A stretch of DNA of 64,000 nucleotides. Source: Anthoceros angustus. Taxonomy: Eukaryota > Plantae > Anthocerotophyta. Where the stretch lies: contig MU008156.1 of assembly GCA_010909165.1 (NCBI GenBank), forward strand, positions 372,001-436,000, written 5' to 3'. Both the position numbers and the translations under genes were made by a program. Under the pieces are notes generated by a model that had not been told where the DNA came from, made no database searches, and was given only the letters and a program-made list of their open reading frames with translations. Below, piece by piece: positions 24,041 through 38,159 of this stretch. Each line of letters opens with the position of its first letter. The stretch's first letter is position 1.

Positions 24041-25196
24041 TGAATGGGTCACCTATTACCCATCAACCGATTCCCTGAATTTGACTGCGGTTTAGTTTGT
24101 CACTGGTCGTCAGGAGACGATCTGCCACCACGATTATTCAGTGTCATCGAAAACATCTTGAGAAAATGTGATTGTGGCGATGGGTTTGCCCCAATAGTGC
24201 TGAAAGATATGGCGGTGGGTCGCTTGTGTGTCCAGAGCTTTATAAGCACAGGAGTGCATGCAAGGACGAGACTATTTTGAACCGTTGTTAACCAGTCAGG
24301 TAGGTGACAGTTTCGAACATGGAGCGTTCCCTTCTCATGTCCAATCTGCGTTGGTTGAATATCCAGGAAATAAATCAGTGAAGACAGGTTCCACTGCAGC
24401 CTGCATGCTTGCTTAAGCTGACAGTATGAGGATCCTTGGATTACTACTGTCCTTCACTCATCTGAACAGCTGTGCGTAGGACTGCAGGACCTGCCTGGCC
24501 TTGTCCGCCATGCTTGTGTGGCAATGTTTGCGAGGGACTACTTTTTCCAATCCCCGCCACCACATAGGCCATGTTTCAACAGGCTCGCGAGTGGTTGGGT
24601 TAGCTTCTGCCTGTTTGCTTTCGAGGATGGCAAATCAGAAAGCATAGTCACCAATTCCAACCAGCAGAAAACCGAACATCCTTGGAGCAGCATGTACGGC
24701 TAGTAAGCTTCTGGAAGTGAAGGATATGTAAAACACCACAATACCTCTCACAAAGATCAGCATTCCCAAAGCCGACCGCAATGTAGGTAACCTCCATTAC
24801 CACTGACTCTGAAGAGTGCAAGTCTCTGACGACTTCTGAGGATCCTTGGTTTAGTACTGTCCTTCACTCATCTGAACAGTTGTGCGTTCGACTGCAGGAT
24901 TGGAGTGCCCACAGGACCTGCCTACATATGCAATGGAAGGCACGAAGTACATGGCAGAGCAGTGGATGGTCGTGAAGTTGTGTTGGAAGGCAACTTCTCC
25001 CAGCACCAACCCACTCACCTTCACCTTCACAAAGATCGGCATTCCCTAAGCCAACCGCAATGTAGGTAACCTCCATAGCTACTGACTCTAAAGAGTGCAA
25101 GTCTTTGAAGACTTCGGTTCTTGAGGAGTTTACTTGCTCGGATGTCACCATGGTTTTCAGTGTGTCACCAAAGCACTTGTCGATTGGAGGGTGGAA

Positions 25197-25977
25197 ACAG
25201 CCATGTTAAGCTGGCTGGTGCTCTCAGCTGGTCCAGTCTTGGTATGTACGTGGCTATGCGATCTATTTAGGGCTGACTTGTCCAGCTGAAGTCAAGAGCA
25301 AAAGGGGTGGGGGGTGTTTTTTTTGTTTTGTAGAAGGTGGTGTATCGACATCTGGCAGGTGCCAGATACCCCTAGTCACCACCTTTGTCTGTGTGCCGTG
25401 AGTGAGGTTGCTAAGCTCACGTAGAGCCTTCAATCAGGCATTCATCCCAGGTTCCCAAGGCTAGGAAACGCTTTCATCAATTACAGGATTCGAACTCTAA
25501 TCCTTCAGATACTAAGCAACGCTGCAAACCAAGAATTGCCGTGTCCCGATAGACGGGAGTTATTGGCATCTTGAAAGAATATACAGCCATGTTAAGCTGG
25601 CTGGTGCTCTGAGCTGGTCCAGTCTTGGTATGTACCCACGTGGCTATGCGATCTATGTAGGGCTGGCTTGTCCAGCTGAAGTCAAGAGCAAAAGGGGTGG
25701 GGGGTGTTTTTTTTGTTTGTAGAAGGTGGTGTATCGACATCTGGCAGGTGCCAGATACCCCTAGTCACCACCTTTGTCTGTGTGCCGTGAGTGAGGTTGC
25801 TAAGCTCACGTAGAGCTTTCAATCAGGCATTCATCCCAGGTTCCCAAGGCTAGGAAACGCTTTCATCAATTACAGGATTCGAACTCTAATCCTTCAGATA
25901 CTAAGCAACGCTGCAAACCAAGAATTGCCGTGTCCGGATAGACGACAGTTGTTAGGATCTTGAAAGAATATACAGCA
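25197..25977. repeat. Tandem duplication of a ~386 bp unit
   Basis: ACAGCCATGTTAAGCTGGCTGGTGCTCT occurs at ~25197 and ~25583 and the copies are nearly identical. Confidence 0.9.
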
Positions 25978-26336
25978 TCTCACCCGTTCCGAGTAGCCCA
26001 GCTCCAGGCGTGATTATGTAGAGAGCGAGGCCATCAAGCTGATGCGAAAAACGTCAGGAAAGGGGCTGACGCAGGGCCGAGGGGGGGGAGGATGGGAGGA
26101 GCTGAAGCTGGCAAGAGGTCAGATGGAACCTAGCCAGCATTAACCGTGAAATATGAACCACCGTACCTCCAACATTCTGTAAAGAATAAATCCGAAGAAT
26201 CCGATTGTGTTGTCTTTCGAAGAGCTCGAATCGTTTTGCTATTTGGTTGCAAACAATGTCGTTTTTTAGAACAATGGATACTTATTAAAAAGGAGAGATG
26301 GAAAACCATCTACCCAAACCGAGGGAGGACAACTCA

Positions 26337-26735
26337 CTAAAGGGCCAAGAGGCAAGGGGTTAGCCCACGAATGCCAACCCCGAAGTTACCTACTGTCCCG
26401 ATTATGTTGTGGTTCGAGATGAGGAAGGGCCTACCAACAACTGATGCCGATGACATCACGTCTCCTGCACTCGTTGTCGTCCTAGCGTTGGCCAGCACCC
26501 TCTGCAAGGAAATGGATACTTGCTGTCGAAAGAAAGCCACCACCGAGGAGAGAGACCCACCCGTTCTGGCGACTGTGGTAGGGTTTAGCACAATCCTTAA
26601 TGAGCCGGGGAAAAATCCTTCCTCATAGCCCCGTGAGTCTCAATGGCGAGGGGATGAAGGCGTGGCCATCTTGCAAAGGTGTGTACTTGTGTACCTTGGT
26701 AGTCGCGTATGTCTCCGCCGCCCAGCCCGGAGGGT
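26337..26735 (-). mobile_element. RLE-type non-LTR retrotransposon, 3' end fragment
   Basis: NPPGWAAETYATTKVHKYTPLQDGHAFIPLAIETHGAM...FFRQQVSISLQRVLANA includes the C-terminal Q-x-x-S-x-x-L-Q-R-x-x-A motif of RLE-clade elements. Three ~42 bp repeats (AGGGTTGATAAT) lie at 26731, 26773 and 26814. Confidence 0.75.
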
Positions 26736-27748
26736 TGATAATAACATGCTCACTCTCTACCGCCCTGCCCCGAGGGTTGATAATGATATGCTCACTCTCC
26801 GCCGCCTAACCAGAGGGTTGATAATGACATGCTCACAAATGGAATCCTAGATAAGGTCTGACGACATGCGTAACATAGATTTGGTCCCCCAATCAGAAAT
26901 AGATCCAACCTGACCGGCACCCCATTGCGCGAGGTTAATGGACGCTCTCTGTATGGAAAACAATCGCCCTCGTCGTTTTTTATATAGGTTTGACGTTGGA
27001 CACCGTTTGTGACATAAAAACAACAAGAGGATCACATACACACGGTAGGCTGCCACTTTGCTGGAAGAAAGCCTTGTATCTCCAAACCTACAGTAGGAGA
27101 CAACACCGTAAAAATGAACAGGGTAACAGGTCAGAGTAGTCTACATGGGACATTTGGAGTGGGTACTTCTATATGAATAGAAGTGATAAATAGGTAGTGA
27201 AAACCCAGCTGAGCTTGCAGCTTTATAGTGGAGCATCTACCTGTACACGTTGACCACCAGGAAGGCAGGAATGTGTTGGTCCAGGCTGAAGGTTTTTTCT
27301 TTGTATGCACTCTCTTGTCTTGTCTGAAACAATCTGTCAGAAATGCCGTGTGCCTCCACACAATCCAGTTACTCATTGACTCTGGCAAACCCAGACAGGC
27401 TGCGTGTGCAAGCAGCTCAGCAGAGAGAAGCTTGGAGATTGCCATAAATGTACAATGCGTGTCCGTGACAAGTCAGTTTTATGCTACAGGTGCCAGTTAT
27501 GTATGAAGCAAGGAGTCCTGGCACGCAGTCACGGATTCCCTCCCTTGTTCTTGGGAGGCTGTCTTGTCTCTTTCTCTCCGTGACGTTGGTCAATTTGAAC
27601 CAGAGGACATCGCCCGAACAGTTGACAAAGACACTTCTTCGCTCTGCTCACGGACGAAGATGAAACTCAAACTCTAGTCTTCTGCCGTTTGTGCTGGTCC
27701 AGTTGAGGCCGTTGTGGTACAGATTCCAGAAACTGGGCCTCAGGAGCC

Positions 27749-30700
27749 ATGTCCCTGTCAAGGCGGTCTTCTTCCAAAGCCCATGGCTCCGATTTTGAGG
27801 TGCAAGACTTTGATGACAGCTTGGACAACTCTGTAAGAGGTCGCCTGGGCAGGCTTGTAAGAAACATCGCTGTGAACCGGAGTGGCTTGGATATCCGGGC
27901 TGGTTCCCTCCAAACTTCTTACCAATGGATCATCAAACCAACAACTGGGTGAGTCGAGCATCTGGGCCCTGCGGCGTTTCTTGATTTCATGGTGCTTCAG
28001 CTTGATCTGCAATGCAAGTTCTTGCGCCTGTAGACGCTGTCTTCTTACGAGTGATGGTTTGGCCAGGGCATACTGGTTGTGGAGCAGATTTCTCGTATTG
28101 TGGGCAGTTTACTCTTCGTTGTTCACGCCATTCGAGTTCGGATTCTTTCGTGGGTTGCCGCGGGCATTGTGGGTCATGGACATCGTTGTGCAGTTTGTGT
28201 TTTTTGCTGACATCATTATCACCCTCTTTGTGGGATTCGAGGATGTGGAGACTTTCAAGTTTGTCACCAATTTCAGGTCCATCGCGTGGAGGTAATTTTG
28301 GACTTGTCGTTCCTCTCCTTCTCGCTCTTTTGTCTCACGTTTCTTGTTCAAATCTCGCTAGCTACATACTACTAAGGTTTGGTTCAGCACAGTTTCCAAA
28401 ACATCATGTCCGAATGTTGCAGGTATGCCAAGAAAGACTTGATACCGGATTTCCTTGCTTGCTTACCGTGGGACTCCATCTACAAAGTAACTGTTGTGTG
28501 CACTAGCATGTGACAGTAGTTTTTTTCTGTTGGGCAACTCGGTTTTTATCATTGAGGTTTGATGAGTTCTTCTGACACAGGGTACAGGGAGGAAAGAAGA
28601 GGTTAGGTTTCTGGTGTGGATGCGACTCTACCGTGTTCGCAAGGTTACAGGCTTCCTTGAAGCTCTGGAAAAAGACATACGCATCAACTACTTCGCCACC
28701 AGAATAGCGAAGCTCATATTTGTGGAGCTTTATTGCACCCATGTTGCTGCTTGCCTATTCTATTACCTTGCCACGACAGTATCACCAACCCACGAGAACG
28801 ATACTTGGATTGGCAGTCTTCAACTAGGGGATCGATCATTTGAAGACTTCCGACATATTGACGTGGGTACAAGATATGTTACCTCACTGTATTGGGCCGT
28901 CCTCACCATGTCAACAGTAGGTAAGCATTCTGTCGATTGCTGGGAACTGGAGGCATTTTATTTCTCTTTCAAACTCTTGCCTATCGAGAAGCACATGATT
29001 CTATTGCAACTCAGACATTTGGTAAGCTGTACCCTGGTTGTTGGTGCAGGGTACGGTGACATCCATGCTGTCAATGTACGGGAGATGCTGTTTCTTATAC
29101 TCTTTGTCTCTACGGACATGATATTGGGAGCTTACCTGGTAGGTAACATGACAGCACTTATCGTCAAAGGCTCCAACACAGAGAGATTTCGGGACAGGAT
29201 GACAGGGCTGATCAAGTACATGAACAGAAACTCCTTGGATAGAGATCTCAGGCATCAGATGGTAAACCATGTACGCCTGCAATTCGAAACGCAATTAACA
29301 GATAACAGTGTCATTGAAGATCTTCCACTACTTATACGATCTAAGGTTTGCTCCTGTTTCACTCATCTCCTTTGAAGTCTCACCTGGAGCCTTTAGCACA
29401 TCCAGATTCGTCTTAACCCAGACAGGGATTCCGGCTGGTGCTCCCTCCACAGGTTGCTCAAGAACTGTACCGTGACACCGTGGAGCGTGTGTCACTCTTC
29501 AAAGGCTGCACCAGCGAGTTCATCAGCCAGATTGTGAGTACAGGTGTCCGACTTCCAAAACTTTGATGAGAATGAAGGAATCATGAACTAAGCTCTGCAC
29601 GATCTCTCGCTGTCTTTGCAGGTCTCGAGAGTCAGAGAAGAGTACTTCCTACCTGGTGAGGTGGTACTAGAACAAAGGGATGCAGTTGATCAGCTGTATA
29701 TCATTTCATATGGGTTGCTGGTAAGCCTTTTGCTGATACTTCTATAATGAACTCATTTAGTAGACTTGAGCAAACAGGAGCCTTACTGCTTATCACTGCA
29801 GGAGGAAGTAGTGGTTGGGGACAACGGTGGGGAAAAAGTTGTTGCCCACCTGGAGCAGTACAGTGTGTTTGGGGAAGTCGGGGTACTCTGCAACGTTCCA
29901 CAACCTCTCACAGTTCGAGTGGCTGAACTTAGCAAGTTGCTGCGGTTGGATAAGCCGTCCTTCACAAACTTGTTGAAAATCTACTTCTTGGATGGTCGTC
30001 AGATTATTGCCAATATGCTTGTGGTACAATTTTTGGCGGCCTTTCAAATTTTGTCACAGCCTGCCTTTCATCCTGCAGTATGCTACATGCAGGGAGTTAA
30101 ACATAAGTCGTGTCTCACACTGTTTGGGCTGCCAGGGTCACGAATCTGAACACCTCCTCCGTCAGAGAGAAGCAGACATCAAATATGTGATTTCAAAGCA
30201 AGATGCTGAATTAGCTTTGATGCTGATCCACGCTGCCTTCCAAGGCGATGTACACGACGTGAGACAGCTCATCAAGGCTGGTGCAGATCCCAACAGGACA
30301 GACTATGATGGGCGAAGTGCTCTGGTAGGCTGTCTTCCTTGATTCTTCCTCAGCTTCCTCCTTTCGCCTCCAGGCCTCTTTCTTCTTGTTCCTGTACAGA
30401 AGTCAAAAGGCATTCACCGTACCTTCCTGCACTTCTTGTGCAGCATCTTGCGGCTTCCAGAGGCTACGATGAGATTGTTGTATTCCTCATAAGTCAGAAC
30501 GCAGATGTCAATGCAATCGGTATACTGCTCGTAGCCTTCCCCGCACTCAGGCTTAGCTTCACTTCCTAGACTCTCATCCATCTTGGCTGCAATGCAGATA
30601 ACAGTGGCATCACTCCTTTGCTGGAGGCCTTGAGAGGTGGGCACGCTGTCACGGCGGAAGCGCTGTATGAGAAGGGTGCTCGCCTGCTACTCCAAGACGC

Positions 30701-31745
30701 TGGAGCCTTCCTCTGCAACGTTGCAACAAGAGGAGATATTGAGTTTCTGAAGCGCCTGCTTGCGTATGGGGCTGATCCCAACGCTACTGATTATGATCTA
30801 CGAACTCCACTCCATCTCGCAGCTTCCGAAGGATTGCATTTGATAGTGAGCGTGCTGGTGGGTGCGGGAGCTGACATCAACGCCAAAGACAGGTTCGTCC
30901 TGCTGTTCTTCTCGCGATCCCTCTCACCTCAATGCGCATATGACATCGTCCGGCTGCTGGGCAGATGGGGCTGCACGCCTCTGGATGATGCTAGAAGAAC
31001 AGCCAACGGAATCGTTATGACTATACTGGAAACGTACCGCAACGAAGGACAGCGAAGTGCATCACCTGCTCATCAGCCTGGGAAGGACGTGGTTCCAGGT
31101 CAGACTGGAGAATTTGAGACCATATGAAATTGCATTGCCAGCAAGCCTTGTGCGACTGAAACACCGATGCACGTCTGTTGGACAGATTGCATAGCTGCAG
31201 CCGCTGCCAGGAAGAAACAGATCGAATACTTGCTTGAAAGGGTACGGGCCGGGGATTCTGGGAGCACCTGGTCGTCTGCTACCGAAGTAATAGGATCCCC
31301 GCTAGCGACATCTCCCAACTTGGGTAAGAAATTAACTTTTCAAGCCTCTCATGGCCGAAGAAGCAACAGCCCTGTAGAAATCGCGGAGTATGGCCTGGAA
31401 GTTGGGGAGTTGTTGAATCCCACAGACACATCTGCAAATCCAGATTTTGTGGCAGGCAACAGGGTCGGCAAGAGAAAAACAAGTGTCTCTCCAACCCGCG
31501 TCACACTTTTCCCACACCACCCCTGGTCTCCAGTAGAGAGGAGAAAAGCAGGAGTGGTTGTCTGGCTACCGACGACTCTGGACCAGCTGCTTGAGATGGC
31601 TGTGGAACATTTCAGAGGCCCTCGCTCCTTTGTCCTGAACTCGGATGGAGGAGAGATACGCAGTCTTGATCTCATAGCGAATGACGATAAGCTGTTCATA
31701 GTAGGCAACCTTCATTCCAAAGACGCGGTGACCAAGGAGGACTGA
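27749..31745 (+). CDS. Shaker-type voltage-gated K+ channel, outward-rectifier (SKOR/GORK-like) class, ~13 exons
   Basis: S4 RLYRVRKV, pore TMSTVGYGDIHAVN, S6 DMILGA (outward-rectifier signature), cyclic-nucleotide-binding homology domain, ankyrin repeats (DYDGRSALH, DYDLRTPLH) and a C-terminal KHA domain. Confidence 0.95.
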
Positions 31746-31904
31746 AGTGCAGAGCTATCCGTTCTGGGTCTCCAGAAGGCATCCACAGGCCATAGGTAAG
31801 CGTCTGCACTCCACTCCATAAGATGCATAGCACGACAGGCCTGGTTTCATCTGGAGGCGCCCGCTTGCTAACACGACCAGTCAGAAGGCTAGCACGAACA
31901 TAGC

Positions 31905-32554
31905 CTACCTCCTGGGAACCTTTGTTCGTCTGACTTCTTGGTCCATGGCATTGAGCTTGTTCTGAATGGCCAAAATCTTCGCGATCTTGCTGCCAATCAC
32001 TGGGGGAGGTGAAGGCTTGACAGCAGTTTCAGCCGAGTGCTTTTCACTACAGATTCCTACCTTTTCCGTCACCACCTTCTCATCCACAAACCGAACAACA
32101 AGGGGCCGACCGAAGGCCAGTCTCCCATTCATCCGGGCTTTCGCAGTTTCAGCATCCTACAAGAGCGAGGTGTGTAGGGCTCAAACCGGTATCAACTACA
32201 AGGACACCCTGGAGAAGAAAGCTTAAGCGTACGATGTTGGCTAACCTCACGTTTGCAGTATTCCACAAAGGCAAATCCACGAGGTTCCCCCCGCCTGGGA
32301 CCATGAGTGTGCCACATGTAGTCTTCAAACCTAATCTTTCCAAAAGGCGAGAAAAGCCTTATCACATGGTACCTGCAAGCCCAATCAAAGCAGTGAGCGA
32401 TTCAACAAAACCATCACGTCATTGCAAAACGCACTCCACATCACACTCACTCCGTCACACGTTGGTCCAAATTGCCCACATACAATTTGTTCTCGCGCCT
32501 CTCCTCGTCTAAACCAGGATCCTGTGACGCAAATTCAACCAGTTGAGGGCCATC
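31905..32554 (-). CDS. RRM protein, RBM18-like; first exon/start codon not resolved
   Basis: Spliced translation NKLYVGNLDQRVTE / YHVIRLFSPFGKI...HGPRRGEPRGFAFVEY / DAETAKARMNGRLAFGRPLVVRF. RNP2 and RNP1 are present. Confidence 0.8.
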
Positions 32555-33091
32555 CTACAAATCCAGCCTGAACAAAAATCGTGCCAGCAAGACTCACATG
32601 CCCTCGCTTGAGAGCACTGATTCCACTTTCCCGCCGCTTGCTCCACTCATCTGAAAGAGAACAAATAAAAAATCACAGACCGTAACCCAATTGCCAATTC
32701 CACGGACAAGCACTAGTAGGTCACATCAAGCTTCCTCACTTAGCTCAGTAGCTTCAAATGTGACACGGAAAAGAACAAAGGTAACCTGATTTGTTGCTGT
32801 GCGCTGCTACTCTGTCCATACCACCTGGTCACGCCAAATAGCAACATTGCCACCCGCACTTCAGGCCACACCTGGCGGCATCGTCAGAGTCATCGTCGAG
32901 GACTTGACACAGAGCTTGCCAGCCTGCCTGGCGAAAGTGTCCGAACCCTATTTTCTGCCCGGGTCCACTAACTTAGGCCACAGTTTTCGGCATGGAAGCT
33001 TCCGAAGCAGAGTGGGCGCAAAACTTGGCACTCAGCAAAGGTTGAGTCTGATCGTCGAGTCCGCCTGCACAGCTCCGAGGTGGTGCTGAAG

Positions 33092-34621
33092 ATGGCACAA
33101 GCAAACAGGCCACGAAACCTTCAGTGCCGGGTGGATGTCAGGGGCCGTTTCGTTGCAAGGAAGGCATGGAGCATCATCGGCTAATAAGCCACGCCACTCC
33201 ACCCCACGTAACCTGGTTGCCCTGAGCTGGTCCTGGAGATGTTACAGCTACTGGTTTCTCAACGTTTGATTTTGGTCTGAAACCTCGGGTGGAAGAGAGC
33301 TGTATGTAGGAACCAGCGACGATGTCGCTCACAATCCTCAGAGAACCAGAAGGGACGTCGTAGGCAGGAAGCAGGACTGGTGTGAACAATCCCACACGGT
33401 TGACTGACATTATTCTGCAGACGTTCTCTCCTTGCTTGCGCTAAGAACATGGTGCACATCCCCTACTTTCTTATCATGTCCCTTTCTTACACGGTTTGCG
33501 CACGGAGTGCAGGACATGATCCTTGCTGGCACGGGCCTATCTAGCTTCACCGTGGAGTGGGAGCCCCTCCGAAATCCCCAGGCTCTACACAGGGTGTACC
33601 AGGAGCTGGACGAGGTGGTTGGGAAAGAAACCTTGCCTACTGGCAGGCTGTGGTAAAGGAAACGTTCCGCCTTCATCCATCCGGGCCGCTAATGATTCCT
33701 CATGCAAGCAGCGAGGCTTACGAGGTGGCAGGCTTCCATATCCCTGCCGCCTGACAGGTTCCTCGACAGCGACAGCGACATCGACGTGCAAGCCAGCACT
33801 TCCAGCTGCTCCCTTTTGCCTCCGGCAGACGAGCTGAAATGCACCTGGGGCTTGCTATGGTGCAGTACTCTCTGGCGAGGCTGGTGCATAGCTTCGGCTG
33901 GGCCTTGCCACAGGGCGAGGCACGCCAAGCCGCTCCTGGCTGTTCCTCTGCCTTGTCTACCTCCCCACCTTTACGGGCAAGTGATGAGGAGCAGGTCAAG
34001 ACATCTGTCAAGGAGAACGGGCAGCAGATGATGGCATTCCGGCAGCTGATCCGCAAGGCCAGTGAGGGCCGTCCGTTTTGGCTGGCTAAGGGGATGTGTT
34101 TTGTACTAGCTGTGGTTTCTCGAAGCAAAACCGACAGGCAATAAACAGCGAGGTTGCAGATCAGCCAACTCATGTGGCCAGCTTTTGGGCATTCCTCTGA
34201 AGAGGTCAAATGTTCGCAAGCTTTCACTCTCCCTGTCAAAGCGATGGACGACAGAAGCTGCGCAGCGCACACCTTGTCCTATCCGTGCCACGCTCCTTTG
34301 TCTCGTCAAATGTCTGATACTCCTCTGATTGGCCCATGTCAATTTCCTACATACTTATGGCTTAACGAAACATGAATGTGGAAGTCCAAAGGTAGTCTAG
34401 CTTTTCCTTCGCCCTCACACAAAACAGCACGAGCTGCATCCCATCAGCCGATGGGAATTCAGTCTCAAGATCACCTACCCTTGGGAACTTCCTGTCAGAC
34501 GGGTCCGAACCCCTTGCGCCGATCTGTGATACAGGTGGAGAACACAAGCACGACGAGCTCGTTGCGTATGATTCCAGAGCTATCTCAGCCAGGGATATCG
34601 TGGTATACGAGGGCCGTCTAG
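33092..34621 (+). pseudogene. Disrupted paralogue of the C2H2-ADP-ribosyltransferase gene (first exon and C-terminal remnant only)
   Basis: 33092-33205 matches exon 1 at 39828-39939 (AAGATGGCACAA start, zinc finger, GTAA donor). ~34520-34621 matches the end of the intact gene (HDELVAYDSRAISARDIVVYE versus YDELVVYDPRAISPRGIVIYE). The middle is replaced by unrelated DNA. Confidence 0.75.
33505..33930 (+). pseudogene. Degenerate cytochrome P450 fragment
   Basis: DMILAGT...[24 protein letters not shown], and LGLAMVQYSLARLVHSFGW are spread over several frames with deletions. Confidence 0.8.
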
Positions 34622-35169
34622 GCAGAAGGCAAATATTGCGCCAAGTTTCAATAATTGAGATCATTTAGTTTTCATACTTAATTGTCGAAAGTCTGATTTT
34701 CGAGTCATAGTCTACAAGGCGTTCCTCATCTCCAGAATCTAAGCTCCAAAACGACTTGGATGCGTTCTTCTGTTAGTGGGCTCGCCTCTAGAACGTCATC
34801 CGCAATCCAAGCACCGACTGCATGCTGGGCCACTCCAGCAAACGTGAAGAATTAGCCCACCCAAACGAGAAGATAGTTTTTGCGCTCTACAAACTGAACA
34901 AAAGCGGCTCAAACCTAGCCTCTGCTATGATATAATCCAGCTCGGGTCAGTCCCTTGCATGATAACTTTCTCAACATCATCTACAGCCTTGGAAGTGCGT
35001 CTGGAGGCAGCCCCTGCTGCAGTTCTGAGGTACAAAGCTCCAAGAGTTAGCGGCTAACTGTCTGGATCCAAAATCATATCGCTGTTTCTAAGGAGGGGAA
35101 GTTTACCTCACGATGTATGCCTCGTTCTGCACATGATCCACCACTTTCAATCTGATTCTCAAGTAAGGC

Positions 35170-36901
<1,732 letters not shown>

Positions 36902-37559
36902 TCACTGCACAGTCACCATGACAGATTTTAAGCCCTGTAAAATCGTCAAGCGACACCCATCTGGCATGCCACTTCACACAATGCCTCGGGCCCAAATCTC
37001 CTCCTTTACCCTCCCTCCTTTACCCTCCCGCCTTTCCCTCCTGTGAAGGTAGGAATTGAAAACTTCCATGAGACCGGAATTCACCTTCTCTAGTAGCTTG
37101 TAGCTTGTGACAACAAAGATGCACTTTGGAGGATTTAAACCTATAATGATGCCCGTCTGTGTTCGAGTTGTGCATATGGGTGTTGGCAAAGTTTCCTTGC
37201 TTCCTTAGGCTAGTGTTCTGGCCACAAGGCTATGCACCCTGGCATTAGAGCCACCAATTGCCTCACAAGTGAGAGCTCGATACAATTATATAGTCTTCAT
37301 AGGCATCTACTCATACGCCTCATACACCGGCTACATTTTAATGCCCCACCTTGAGTAAAAACAAACAAGTCCCTATGACTAGCTTACAATATCTTGATAC
37401 ATACCCAGCTACACTTGCACGGGGTGTCAAAACTACATAGGAATATTGTAAGAAATGCTAAAGTATCCATGACGGACTATTAAAAGATTATGCAGATTTT
37501 CGACAGTGTCACCCCTTTTCATTGGGGTCTAGTCTCCCTTGTGTGAGTTGTGTGTTAGC

Positions 37560-37960
37560 TTATATAATATTGTCTTTAAATCTTGTTTCATGTAGTGATT
37601 ATTTTCTTGATGGGTGAGCTAAAACTGAGTACTTCTTATCATTTGCTATTAAATATATGTCAATTACAACATGGTCTCTCACCATACTTTTAATTTTTCA
37701 AAGAGAGGATACCATTTAACAATGAATATACTTAATTATATATATATAATAATAATAAAATAAGAGAATAATATTTATTATTCTAAAGTTTCTTATTTAT
37801 AATGTATATATGATCTTATTAAATAATAATAAGCTAAGTAATATTTTTCAGATGATAAATTAATAATAATGATTTACTAGTTTGAATGTGCTGTTTTTGT
37901 AGACTCTACTACATACCCTGTAGTTAATAAACCTAATATATATTGGTAAGGAGGTCATAG
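37560..37960. repeat. Very AT-rich low-complexity tract, possibly a transposon remnant
   Basis: TATATA and AATAAT runs that contrast sharply with the flanking genes. Confidence 0.4.
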
Positions 37961-38159
37961 GTTAAACCATAAAGGTATGTCTACGCATGCCCATATATGC
38001 ACAGGACAAAGGCCTGCCTGCTATCTTTACACATAGGGGAATCAGAACCCTTGCTGAAGATTTCTCCCCCGGGGTTGTTTTGATTTATTTTCAAAATACC
38101 AAATTAAAAAAAAAAATCTACAATGTGAGGGAAGGTTGGCATTGTCTTGCCGATCTGCA

